In this document: positions 7,448 through 16,357 of the stretch, piece after piece
Layout of the letters: every line of letters begins with the position of its first letter
Position numbering within the stretch: the stretch's first letter is position 1
Assembly: GCA_044224875.1 (NCBI GenBank)
Contig: JBGAJQ010000046.1
Coordinates: 1 to 21,626, forward strand
DNA: 21,626 bases
Origin: Gemmatimonadaceae bacterium
Lineage (GTDB): Bacteria; Gemmatimonadota; Gemmatimonadetes; Gemmatimonadales; Gemmatimonadaceae
Direction: 5' to 3'
Position numbers and translations under genes: made by a program
The notes under the pieces: generated by a model
What the model was told of the DNA's origin: nothing
Seen by the model: the letters and a program-made list of their open reading frames with translations, nothing else
The model's database searches: none

Positions 7448-10153
7448 TCAGTCCGTACGAAGCGCCGACATGGGATGGACCTGAGCGGCCCGCCTCGCCG
7501 GAATCCAGGCCGCCACTAGTGCCACTCCCGCGAGCAATAGTGCCGCCAGAGCAAAGGTCCACGCGTTCGACGAGCTCGCACCGATGAGGAATGATGCCAG
7601 GAGGCGCGAGATCGCCCACGCGGCAGGCATTCCGACGACCAAGCCCCAGAAGGCCAGTCGAAGCCCGAGTCGAACCATGAGGCCAACGACCTCCTGACGT
7701 CGCGCGCCAAGGGCAAGCCGCACGCCAATCTCTCGCCGTCTGGATGCCACGGCGTACGACACCACGCCGTACAATCCCACGCCCGCCAGCAGCAACGCGA
7801 TCACACCAAACAGCGATAGTACCGTGCCAGCGACGCGCTGCGGCGCAAGGGACACGCCGAGCTGTTGCTCCATGGATCGTATCGCCGTCACCTGCCAATC
7901 CGGGGCCACGGACGCGACCTCCCTCCGGATGGCGTCCTTCAGCAGCAGCGGATCTCCACGCGTGCGCACATACACCACCATGCCGCGCAACTCCTCTCGG
8001 TCGCTCTGTTGCAGCGAGGAATAGTACAGGTAGGGCCGCGCCTCTTCCGTCAGCGACAGGTATTTCGCGTCCCGGGCCACACCGACGACCTCCATCCAGG
8101 GCCCTTCAGGACCGCGGGTGCTCACCCGCCTGCCTAACGCGTTCTGGCCTGGCCAGAAGCGCCGGGCAAATGCCTCGCTTACGACCACGGCGCCGGCCGC
8201 ACCACGCCGGTCGGTGTCGCTGATCCCGCGCCCCAACCGGAGCGGCACCTGCATCGTTTCGAAGTATGACGGGCCAACGGTGTTGTAATGAAACTCCATG
8301 TCTTCACCATCGCCGCGCTGATAGCCGTCAATCGTGATACCACGGCGCGACCCGTCGATGCCAAGGGGCGTCGCTGACCCCCAGCTCACCCCCTGAACGC
8401 CCGGGAGACCGGACAGCTGCCGCTGAATGCGTTCCCCAGCCACGGACGCCGCAGCCGGAGCGGCAACATCCGGACGTGGTGTGGCGTCGAACAACAGCAC
8501 ACCGCTCGTAGCGAACCCCGGGTCGATCCGCGTCGCCGCGGTCAATGACCGGAGGAACAGCAGGGCACCCACCAGCAACAACGCCGACATCGCCATCTGG
8601 CCGCTGACGAGGAGTCCCTGCAGTGAGAGACGACGCCCGCGGACCATGGTGAGCACCGCATCGCCCTTGAGCATCCCGGTGACCTGCTGCCGCCCGGCGC
8701 GCAACGCCGGCGCCATCCCGAAGATCACGCCCGTGAGCACTGCCACCGCCAGCGTAAACCCGAACACTCGGCCGTCCAGGTGGAGATCGAGCGCGACACG
8801 CATGGGAAGGGGTGGTTCAAATGCCATGATGGCGCGGAGCGCCAGCCAAGCCAGTGCCGTGCCAGTCACCGCGCCAGCGCCAGCGACCAGGATGCTCTCC
8901 GTCAGTAGCTGCCGTGCCACCCGTCCACGCGAGGCACCTAATGACAAACGAATCCCCATCTCGTGCGCGCGCCGGGTCGATCGTGCCAGCATAAGCCCCG
9001 CCACGTTGGCGCAGCAGACAAGTAGAACGAGGACCAGCGTCCCCATCAGGAGGCCGACAAAACCGAGCACCGGGCCGGCCACCTGCGGCGGGACGCGAGT
9101 CTCCTTCTCCGAGAGCACGGTCACGCGCCGCCCATGCGTGGTCACATCGAGCCACCAGTCGGGGTACGCGGCAGCCATGTTGCGGGCCACCGTGGCCATG
9201 CCCGCCGACGCACGAACCACCGTCGTGCCCGACGCAAGCCGCCCGACAAGGATCAGCGATCGGCTTCCTCGGTTCGTCAGGTGGTCGCGTGGCACGCCAA
9301 TCAGTTCCCCCGCCGTAATCGGCACCCACACACCAATGTCCAGTCCTCGAATGGCTCCCGCATAGCCTGCAGGTGCAACGCCGATGACGGTGAACGGCCG
9401 GCCGTTGAGACGCACGCTCGTACCCACCACCGACGCGTCCCCACCGAATCGCTGGCGCCAGAGTCGGTGGCTCAGGATCGCGACAGCGGCCGGAGCACCC
9501 ACTCGCCCCTCGTCAGAAACAAAGAACCGGCCATGCGCTGGCGTTACACCCAGGACTTGGAAGTAGTCCGCGGACACCAGCTCCACCCCGTCGTTCTGCA
9601 TCTCGTCACCGTCGCCAATTCCGACGGGGTTGAACGTCACCGCCGCCAAGCCGGAAAAAAGCGTCGTCTGCTTGCGGAACTCCTCGAAATCGGGATAGGA
9701 CGACGAACCATACGGTGGGCCACTGAAGTCGCTCGTGAACACCTGCACGACTTCCTCCGGGGCGCGCACGTGTGGCGGTGGGCGCAGGAGCACGGCATTT
9801 ACGATGGAGAATACGACGGTGTTGCCCCCAATCCCTATGGCCAGCGTCAACACCGCCGCCAGCGTGAACGCAGGACTCCGAAGCAGCGAGCGCGTTCCGT
9901 ACCGCACGTCGCGCAAGAGGCCGTCTACCGTGAACTCCCACCCGCCGCTCCTCGCATCCTCCTTGATGGCCTCAATGCCCCCAACCTCCACCCGCGCCCT
10001 GCGCAACGCTTCGGCGCGCGACAGTCCCTGCTGCATGTGACGCTGCGCGCTCAACTCGATAAAGTGCGTGACCTCGTCCGAAAGGTCGCCCTCGAACTCG
10101 TTCCGCTTCAGCAACGTGCGAAGTCCGCTCCGTAGCGTGCGCCAGAAAGACAT
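7448..10153 (-). CDS. ADOP-type duplicated ABC permease (MacB_PCD/FtsX twice, with N-terminal permease-prefix domain)
   Basis: Prefix ...EALRRARVEVGGIEAIKE; DVRYGTRSLLRSPAFT; LLVCCANVAGL; EMGIRLSLGASRGR; REIGVRLALGA; IPARRAA. ATG 10153 follows GGAGG, 2 bp after the padR stop. Confidence 0.92.
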   Translation of the reverse strand: MSFWRTLRSGLRTLLKRNEFEGDLSDEVTHFIELSAQRHMQQGLSRAEALRRARVEVGGIEAIKEDARSGGWEFTVDGLLRDVRYGTRSLLRSPAFTLAAVLTLAIGIGGNTVVFSIVNAVLLRPPPHVRAPEEVVQVFTSDFSGPPYGSSSYPDFEEFRKQTTLFSGLAAVTFNPVGIGDGDEMQNDGVELVSADYFQVLGVTPAHGRFFVSDEGRVGAPAAVAILSHRLWRQRFGGDASVVGTSVRLNGRPFTVIGVAPAGYAGAIRGLDIGVWVPITAGELIGVPRDHLTNRGSRSLILVGRLASGTTVVRASAGMATVARNMAAAYPDWWLDVTTHGRRVTVLSEKETRVPPQVAGPVLGFVGLLMGTLVLVLLVCCANVAGLMLARSTRRAHEMGIRLSLGASRGRVARQLLTESILVAGAGAVTGTALAWLALRAIMAFEPPLPMRVALDLHLDGRVFGFTLAVAVLTGVIFGMAPALRAGRQQVTGMLKGDAVLTMVRGRRLSLQGLLVSGQMAMSALLLVGALLFLRSLTAATRIDPGFATSGVLLFDATPRPDVAAPAAASVAGERIQRQLSGLPGVQGVSWGSATPLGIDGSRRGITIDGYQRGDGEDMEFHYNTVGPSYFETMQVPLRLGRGISDTDRRGAAGAVVVSEAFARRFWPGQNALGRRVSTRGPEGPWMEVVGVARDAKYLSLTEEARPYLYYSSLQQSDREELRGMVVYVRTRGDPLLLKDAIRREVASVAPDWQVTAIRSMEQQLGVSLAPQRVAGTVLSLFGVIALLLAGVGLYGVVSYAVASRRREIGVRLALGARRQEVVGLMVRLGLRLAFWGLVVGMPAAWAISRLLASFLIGASSSNAWTFALAALLLAGVALVAAWIPARRAAQVHPMSALRTD

Positions 10154-10155
10154 CG

Positions 10156-10485
10156 TCAAGCCTCCAGAAGTCGGGCAATCGCGCCACTCCGTCGCTGCCA
10201 GTCCCGCGTCTCCTCCTCCAGTCGCTTGCGACCCTTCGCCGTCAAGCGGTAGTACTTCGCCCGCCGGCTGTTCTCCGTGTCTCGCCACTCCGACTGTACC
10301 ACACCGTCCCGTTCGAGCCGACGGAAGGCCAGAATCAGCGATCCGGGATTGACACGAAAGACGTCGCGCGAGACTTGCTCGATTCGCTTGGCAACGCCAA
10401 ACCCGTGCATCGGTTCCAGGCTCAGCGTCTTCAGGATCAGCATGTCCAGCGTGCCTTGGATGACGTCGCTGCTCTCGTCAGTCAT
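10156..10485 (-). CDS. PadR family transcriptional regulator (acidobacterial ADOP-associated type)
   Basis: QGTLDMLILKTL, MHGFG, VNPGSL, ENSRRAKYYRLTAKGRK; 109 aa; directly upstream of the ADOP gene. Confidence 0.93.
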   Translation of the reverse strand: MTDESSDVIQGTLDMLILKTLSLEPMHGFGVAKRIEQVSRDVFRVNPGSLILAFRRLERDGVVQSEWRDTENSRRAKYYRLTAKGRKRLEEETRDWQRRSGAIARLLEA

Positions 10486-10518
10486 GGAGGTCTATGGCAA
10501 TAGGCTCGGCATTACGTG

Positions 10519-10563
10519 CTCTTGGCAACCAAGATGAGTGGTCTCCTCTTGGTTGACAAGAGG
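10519..10563. promoter_or_regulatory. Two palindromic operator-like boxes (CTCTTG-N5-CAAGAG) upstream of padR, overlapping a candidate minus-strand promoter
   Basis: Box 1 CTCTTGGCAACCAAGAT (10519-10535); box 2 CCTCTTGGTTGACAAGAGG (10545-10563). Minus-strand TTGTCA-N17-CATCTT (10559-10531). Confidence 0.65.
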
Positions 10564-10685
10564 TCTCGCGCCGACGAGTCGCCACGACCCAGCCATTCGT
10601 ACTCGACGACTCTTGTCGAAGGCGGGACGAAGCCTAGCTTGGGATACGCCGCGCCCCGAGGCGCGAACTACCCGAGGGATCACGC

Positions 10686-11261
10686 ATGGATCGACGGTTG
10701 ATGCTCGAGTGGCTGGTCGCGACGGGGGGACTGGCGGCCATCAAGCGACTGTCGGCAGATGAGTTGGCAGAGTTCGGTGCGCGCCTGCACATGCGAGGGG
10801 ACGCAGGCGCGGCGGAGCTCCTCCTCTCACCGGATGAACTGCGTACGGTGACAGCTGTCGCTGAGTGCATCATTCCCGCGACCGAGACCCCCGGGGCAAC
10901 GGAGGCCGGTGTGGCTGCCTTCGTGAATGTGATGCTGTCCGACTGGTACCCGGCGCCGGATGCCGAGCGGTTCCGCGTGGGGTTGCGCGCCCTGGATGAC
11001 CTGAGCCAACGGCGTTTCGGTGCGGCCTACGCAGATGCAACCGCATCCCGGCAGGTCGAACTCGCGCAGGAACTGGACGGCGAGGTCGCGGCGTTGCGAC
11101 GCCGAGATCCGGGTGCCGCGGCGGCGCACTGGTTTGCCACGCTCAAGTTCCTGACGGTCTGGGGGTACTGCACTTCAGAGGTGGCCATGCGCCAAGTGCT
11201 CAAGAGTTACCCCCGTGCCATGCGATATGACGGCGCCGCGCCTGCGAGGTTGCCCGGATGA
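10686..11261 (+). CDS. Gluconate 2-dehydrogenase subunit 3 family protein (small/hitch-hiker subunit)
   Basis: MDRR twin-arginine-like N-terminus; IIPATETPGATEAGV; LKFLTVWGYCTSE; stop overlaps the next start (ATGA 11258-11261). Confidence 0.88.
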   Translation: MDRRLMLEWLVATGGLAAIKRLSADELAEFGARLHMRGDAGAAELLLSPDELRTVTAVAECIIPATETPGATEAGVAAFVNVMLSDWYPAPDAERFRVGLRALDDLSQRRFGAAYADATASRQVELAQELDGEVAALRRRDPGAAAAHWFATLKFLTVWGYCTSEVAMRQVLKSYPRAMRYDGAAPARLPG

Positions 11262-12958
11262 GCCATGCACAGGGACCGCGCGCCTTTGACGCCATCGTGA
11301 TCGGATCGGGCATATCGGGCGGTTGGGCCGCCAAGGAGCTCACCGAACTCGGATTGCACACCTTGGTGCTGGAGGCAGGGCGGCCGATCGATCCCCTCAC
11401 GGACTATCACGAGCACGTGCCGCCCTTCCAGATGCGCTTCCGGGGGCTGGGCGACCGGCGGCACACCGAGGCGCGGCAGCAGGTGCAACACCACTCTACC
11501 TCGTACGACGAGCTCAGTCACCAGTTTTGGACCGACGACGTCGACAACCCGTATAGCACGTCCGAGACCAGGCGCTTCGACTGGCTCCGCGCACGCCAGG
11601 TCGGTGGAAAATCCATCATCTGGGGACGCCAAGTCTATCGTTGGAGCGACTTGGACTTCGAGGCCAACCTCCGCGAAGGCGTCGCCGTCGACTGGCCAAT
11701 TCGCTATGCCGACATCGCGCCATGGTACGATCGCGTCGAGCGATACATTGGCGTGTCCGGTCAGGCCGAGGGCTTGGCGCACCTGCCGGACATGCAGTTC
11801 CAGGCCCCAATGCCGTTGAACGTGGCGGAACAACACGTCCGCGCGAGTATTGCCCAGCGATACAAGGGCGCGCGCCTCATGACCATCGGTCGCGTGGCCA
11901 CGTTGACCGAAGCGCTCCTGGGTCGCCGTCCCTGTCACTACTGCGGGCCCTGCCATCGCGGCTGCGCAACGCGCTCATATTTCTCGTCGCTCAACTCAAC
12001 GCTCCCAGCGGCCGAGGCAACTGGTCGCATGACGCTGCGCCCTTGGAGCGTCGTGCGTGCACTCACCTTCGACCCCGCGCGCAAACGAATCACAGCGGTG
12101 CAGGTGATCGACGCGCAGTCCGGTCAAGAGATCGAATTCACGTCGCGTGTTGTGTTCCTCTGCGCATCGGCCATCGAGAGTGCCCGCATCTTGCTCAACT
12201 CCGCGTCCCCGGCCTTTCCGAACGGGCTGGCGAACACCAGCGATCAGGTGGGCCGGAACATCATGGACCACATCAAGTGGGGGGGAGCGTCGGGAGAGTT
12301 CGCCGAGTGGAGTGACAAACGCGTGGTAGGCAATCGCCCAAACGGCGTGTACGTCCCGCGCTTCAGGAACGTCACCTCGAAGCACGCTGACTTTGTGCGC
12401 GGCTATGGATTTCAGGGCGGCGCCGGTCGCTCGGCGTGGGAAGGCGCCGACCAGCAACAGGGAATCGGGACCGACTTCAAGGCGCGCCTAACGCGGCTTG
12501 GCCCGTGGAATATGTCGCTGGGCGGCTTCGGTGAAATGCTCCCCAATCCACAGAACCGCGCCACGATCCATCCGACCCTCAAGGACAAGTGGGGCATTCC
12601 GGCACTCCACATCGAGGCCGGGTGGAGCGAGAATGAGCTGGCGATCCATCGCGACATGAACGTCACGGCGTCGGAGCTGCTCGAGGCGGCGGGCGCCAGG
12701 AACATCCGTCCGCGGACCGATGGGCCCAGCACGGTGGGCAACACCAACCATGAGATGGGAGCGGCGCGTATGGGCCGCGACCCGCGGACTTCAGTCTTGA
12801 ACGCGCAGAATCAGGCGTGGGATGTGCCCAACCTCTTCATGACGGACGGAGCCTGCATGACATCCAGCGCGTGCCAGAACCCGTCGTTGACCTATATGGC
12901 GCTGACGGCGCGTGCCGCGCACTTTGCTGTGGACGAGATGAAGCGGCAGAACCTCTGA
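11258..12958 (+). CDS. GMC family FAD oxidoreductase, glucoside-3-dehydrogenase-like catalytic subunit
   Basis: VIGSGISGGWAAKEL, VGGKSIIWGR, Cys cluster CHYCGPCHRGC, HEMGAARMG, QNPSLTYMALTARA. Confidence 0.92.
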   Translation: MSHAQGPRAFDAIVIGSGISGGWAAKELTELGLHTLVLEAGRPIDPLTDYHEHVPPFQMRFRGLGDRRHTEARQQVQHHSTSYDELSHQFWTDDVDNPYSTSETRRFDWLRARQVGGKSIIWGRQVYRWSDLDFEANLREGVAVDWPIRYADIAPWYDRVERYIGVSGQAEGLAHLPDMQFQAPMPLNVAEQHVRASIAQRYKGARLMTIGRVATLTEALLGRRPCHYCGPCHRGCATRSYFSSLNSTLPAAEATGRMTLRPWSVVRALTFDPARKRITAVQVIDAQSGQEIEFTSRVVFLCASAIESARILLNSASPAFPNGLANTSDQVGRNIMDHIKWGGASGEFAEWSDKRVVGNRPNGVYVPRFRNVTSKHADFVRGYGFQGGAGRSAWEGADQQQGIGTDFKARLTRLGPWNMSLGGFGEMLPNPQNRATIHPTLKDKWGIPALHIEAGWSENELAIHRDMNVTASELLEAAGARNIRPRTDGPSTVGNTNHEMGAARMGRDPRTSVLNAQNQAWDVPNLFMTDGACMTSSACQNPSLTYMALTARAAHFAVDEMKRQNL

Positions 12959-13074
12959 CGCGCAGCCTCAACATTCGCTAATGTACGGCGCAACCGGCTC
13001 CATTGGCGCAGTCCAGCATTCGCTGGTGGCGGCCGTTTGGGCCGCGCACGGTGAACGATTCACGCGACGCCGAC

Positions 13075-13551
13075 ATGACCGCACTCCAGGACAAGTACCC
13101 GGACGACTACTCGCATTGCTATGGATGCGGGCGCCTGAATGCCAACGGTCTGCACATCAAGTCCGAGTGGCATCACGGCGAAGGGATCGCGCGCTTTCTC
13201 CCTGCGGCGCAGCACATGGCTATGCCGGGTTTCGTGTACGGCGGCCTGGTGGCGTCGCTTGTGGACTGTCACGCGATGGCCACGGCCGCTGCGGCGTCGA
13301 TGGTTGCAGCTGGTGAAGTCCCCGGGGAAGACCCCACGCGCCGCTTCGTCACCGGCTCCTTGCAGGTCGACTACGTGAAGCCGACGCCGATGGGTGTGGA
13401 ACTGACCCTGCGTGCGCGCGCCGTGGACGTTGGCGAACGGAAGGTGCGGGTGGCGGTGGAAGTATTCGCCGGTGACGTGGTGTGCGCGCGCGGGTTGGTC
13501 ACCGCGGTGCGCTTGCCCGATACGATGGCAAGCCGGCGCGCGGCGACCTGA
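13075..13551 (+). CDS. PaaI family hotdog-fold thioesterase
   Basis: HCYGCG, GFVYGGLVASLVDCH, FVTGSLQVDYVKPTP. ATG 13075 is preferred to the TTG at 13003. Confidence 0.85.
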   Translation: MTALQDKYPDDYSHCYGCGRLNANGLHIKSEWHHGEGIARFLPAAQHMAMPGFVYGGLVASLVDCHAMATAAAASMVAAGEVPGEDPTRRFVTGSLQVDYVKPTPMGVELTLRARAVDVGERKVRVAVEVFAGDVVCARGLVTAVRLPDTMASRRAAT

Positions 13552-13566
13552 CCCACCCCACGGCGT

Positions 13567-14043
13567 TCAGCTGCGGTCGTAGAACGGCGGCGGCTCGATC
13601 CCAAGCGCGCGCAGGTACACATACCCCTGCCCGCGGTGATGGACTTCGTTGTCTACCACGTAGAGAAGCAGGTCAACCACCGGCATCTTCCACTGGCCGA
13701 ACGCCGTCTTCACTTCCTGGAAGCGCTCCAGCGGAATCTTGGGGAAGAGCTGGTCCAACTGCGCCGTGGTTTCATCCCACAGTTTCAGCACTTCGGCATG
13801 CGACGTCGCCTTCGATTCCGCGAACTCCCACTTGTCGGTGATGATGCCGTTCAACGTGGGCGTGACCATGCCCAGCATCTCGTTGGATAAGGCACCGAAC
13901 GTGCGCATCCCGCCCAAGGAGAACGAAAACAACTGGTCTTCCGGAAATGCGGCGATGGCGCGGCGCGACAACCGGCGATGCGCCTGCCAATGCGCCAAAA
14001 ACTGCTCCGGCGTGATGACAACGGATGGGTTTGTGTCTGGCAT
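13567..14043 (-). CDS. DinB family protein
   Basis: GMRTFG, DNEVHHRGQGYVYLRALGIEPP; 158 aa; GAGAGGG upstream of the ATG. Confidence 0.9.
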   Translation of the reverse strand: MPDTNPSVVITPEQFLAHWQAHRRLSRRAIAAFPEDQLFSFSLGGMRTFGALSNEMLGMVTPTLNGIITDKWEFAESKATSHAEVLKLWDETTAQLDQLFPKIPLERFQEVKTAFGQWKMPVVDLLLYVVDNEVHHRGQGYVYLRALGIEPPPFYDRS

Positions 14044-14106
14044 GCGTAACCCTCTCGAGGCGAACGGTAAGCGAAAATGCCCTAGATTCGGTGTCTGTTC
14101 GGCATC

Positions 14107-14135
14107 ATTCTAGGAGTCACGCGGCAGTGGCGCAA
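14107..14135 (-). promoter_or_regulatory. Candidate sigma70-type promoter of the DinB gene
   Basis: Minus strand TTGCGC-N17-TAGAAT, about 60 nt upstream of the ATG at 14043. Confidence 0.55.
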
Positions 14136-14201
14136 GACGGCGAATTCCATCAACCAGAGCGCCACGGATTCCCGCCGGGAGGGACGGACCGGGCGCGTCC
14201 G

Positions 14202-14843
14202 CTACTCCACGAGCGTGTGCCGGATTGCATAACGAGCGATGTCAACATAGCTCGACAATCCGGTTTTTTCGCGAATGCGGCCGAAGTAGGTGGCGACTGT
14301 CTTGTCGCTCAGATCCAGTTCGCCGGCGATTTCCTTGATGGTCCGACCCAGTGCAATGCGCCGGAAGACATCGAGCTCGCGTTTTGACAGGAGATGATGG
14401 GGCAGTGATGATCCACCTTTCCGCATTTCAGCCGCGAGATCGGTGGCCGTCTCGGGATGCATGTAGGTACCGCCAGACGCAACAGCGCGGATGGCGGTGA
14501 CCAGATCGTCTGCCGCGCGATGCTTGTGGATCACTCCGCTGGCCCCCGCCTTCATCGTCTCCACCACATACGCGGTCTCGGTCAATGCGGTCACCACCAG
14601 GACGGGCGTGGCCTCCGAGTGCGCGTGAATCGTCTTGATGACGTCCACCACGCCCGGGCCAGGCATCCGAATATCCAGCAGGATCAAGTCCCAGGTGCCT
14701 TCGCGAGCGCGTTCAATCACCGAGCTGGCGTCACTCGCCTCCACGATCTCCAGCCCCTCATACTCGTCATTCAACAACTCGCGAAGGCCGCGCCGAGTGA
14801 TCTCATGGTCATCGGCGATCAGAACACGCTGCAGCGTCGTCAT
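14202..14843 (-). CDS. NarL/FixJ family response regulator (REC + LuxR HTH; UvrY/GacA-like)
   Basis: LIADDH, LLDIRMPG, and HTH LSKRELDVF...KEIAGELDLSDKTVATY. Confidence 0.93.
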   Translation of the reverse strand: MTTLQRVLIADDHEITRRGLRELLNDEYEGLEIVEASDASSVIERAREGTWDLILLDIRMPGPGVVDVIKTIHAHSEATPVLVVTALTETAYVVETMKAGASGVIHKHRAADDLVTAIRAVASGGTYMHPETATDLAAEMRKGGSSLPHHLLSKRELDVFRRIALGRTIKEIAGELDLSDKTVATYFGRIREKTGLSSYVDIARYAIRHTLVE

Positions 14844-16357
14844 AAAGCGTCAGGCTGATAGGAGTGTTCTTTCGGAATGCGGACGGACGCCACCGTCCCT
14901 CGCGGCATTGCGCGCGAAATCCGCACGCCGCCGCCATGCGTCGCAGCGCGTTCACGAACACCCAGGAGCCCCAGCGACTGCCTGCCGTCGGGCTTCGAGT
15001 CGGAGACGCCCACGCCGTCATCGATGACATCCAGCAGCCAGTCCTGTTCACTGGCATCAAACGAAATGCTGACCGACGACGCGAAGGCGTGTCGCGCGAT
15101 GTTGGTCAGCAGCTCCTGCAGAATACGAAACAGTGACGTCGCAACCTCAGGCCCGGGACTGCCCGCCGTTCGCAGATCGACGTCCACACTAACTCCGACC
15201 TTGGTCGCAAAACGTCGGGCTTCATCGCGAATCGCGGCCGAGAGTCCGAGCGTATCCAACGCCATCGGACGCAGGTCCACCGCGATCCCATGCATCGTCG
15301 TCACGATGTCGTCCACCATCTGCTCGGCTTCCGTCAGCCGCACCAGCACGCTCGGGACATCCACCGGATGATCCTGGATACGACGCCCGATCCAGTGGAG
15401 GTCCATCTTCAAGGGCGTCAGCAGCCGCCCGAATTCGTCGTGTATTTCCCGGGAGATGCGCGTTCGTTCTTCTTCGACGACCTGGTTCATCCTCGCCGTC
15501 AGGTTCCGCATCTGCGAGTCGCGTTGTAACAACTCGGTGTTGCGTTTGCGAATCTCCTCGTCGCGCAGCCGGTCCATGGTGACGTCCCGGCAGATCGCGG
15601 CAACGGCCGTCGCGCGCCCCGTCGCATCGTTCAACTGGCAGGCGACCACGGAGACCGTAACTCGTGAGCCGTCGTCGCGGAGGCAAACCATGTCCGACGC
15701 GACGGCATCGAAGCGTTGCCGGACCAGGAACGCGCTGCGCCGGACATCCACGGATCCCGACGCCTCCTCCGTGTGCACCACATCCTTGACGTATTGACCG
15801 ACGGCGGCTTGGGCCGGGACGCCGAAAATTCGCGCGGCACCACTGTTCCAGCTCGTGATGACGCCATCGAGCGTCATGCTGATGATGGCGTCGCTGGACG
15901 CCTCGACGATCGCTGCGTGTCGCCGGTGCAGTTCATCGGCCCGATGACGCTCGAGCGCTTCCTTCGCGCGAGCATCCGCGTAATTGATGGCCCGTCGTAG
16001 ATTGTCGGTCTGCAGGACGCGTTTGGGGATGTAGTCCTGCGCTCCCGCCCGGACGTACTCCAGGGAGACCTCGTCCTCTTCCCGACCCGTCAGCACCACG
16101 ATCGGGATGGAACCGGAGTGCGCATGGACGGCATTGAAGCACTCCATTCCCGAGGCGTCCGGCAGCCCCAGGTCCAACAGGATGACATCCACGCTCTGAC
16201 TCGAGAGCTGCAACAGTGCGTCCGCCACACTCGCCACGTTCATCAGCTGATCCGGAGGCGTTGCTGTCTGGAACAGCAGTTCCTGGATCAGGAAGGCATC
16301 CGCGGGATTGTCTTCAACCAGCAGAATCCGGCGAGCGGTACGTTCGGCGGTGACCAT
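14840..16357 (-). CDS. Hybrid sensor kinase REC-PAS-HisKA_3-HATPase (NarX/UhpB-type kinase core)
   Basis: N-terminal REC (LLVEDN, LLDLGLPD, AQDYIPK); PAS (SSDAII...SWNSGAARIFG); EERTRISREIHD; LRP..LD.LGL; FRILQELLTNIARHA; DDGVG; LGLLGVRERA. Confidence 0.92.
   Translation of the reverse strand: MVTAERTARRILLVEDNPADAFLIQELLFQTATPPDQLMNVASVADALLQLSSQSVDVILLDLGLPDASGMECFNAVHAHSGSIPIVVLTGREEDEVSLEYVRAGAQDYIPKRVLQTDNLRRAINYADARAKEALERHRADELHRRHAAIVEASSDAIISMTLDGVITSWNSGAARIFGVPAQAAVGQYVKDVVHTEEASGSVDVRRSAFLVRQRFDAVASDMVCLRDDGSRVTVSVVACQLNDATGRATAVAAICRDVTMDRLRDEEIRKRNTELLQRDSQMRNLTARMNQVVEEERTRISREIHDEFGRLLTPLKMDLHWIGRRIQDHPVDVPSVLVRLTEAEQMVDDIVTTMHGIAVDLRPMALDTLGLSAAIRDEARRFATKVGVSVDVDLRTAGSPGPEVATSLFRILQELLTNIARHAFASSVSISFDASEQDWLLDVIDDGVGVSDSKPDGRQSLGLLGVRERAATHGGGVRISRAMPRGTVASVRIPKEHSYQPDAL

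Noticed and set aside
4471..10135. Long antisense ORFs (e.g. 4471-5478, 5891-6673, 8427-9365, 9134-10135)
   Set aside because: They are shadows of well-supported genes in GC-rich DNA and have no recognisable motifs.
10154..10288. ORF-track extension of the ADOP permease into padR
   Set aside because: It overlaps padR in another frame; ATG 10153 has a GGAGG ribosome-binding site and matches the family N-terminus.
14081..14114. CCTAGA...TCTAGG inverted repeat near the DinB promoter
   Set aside because: Only 6 bp with a 22-bp spacer; not distinguishable from chance.
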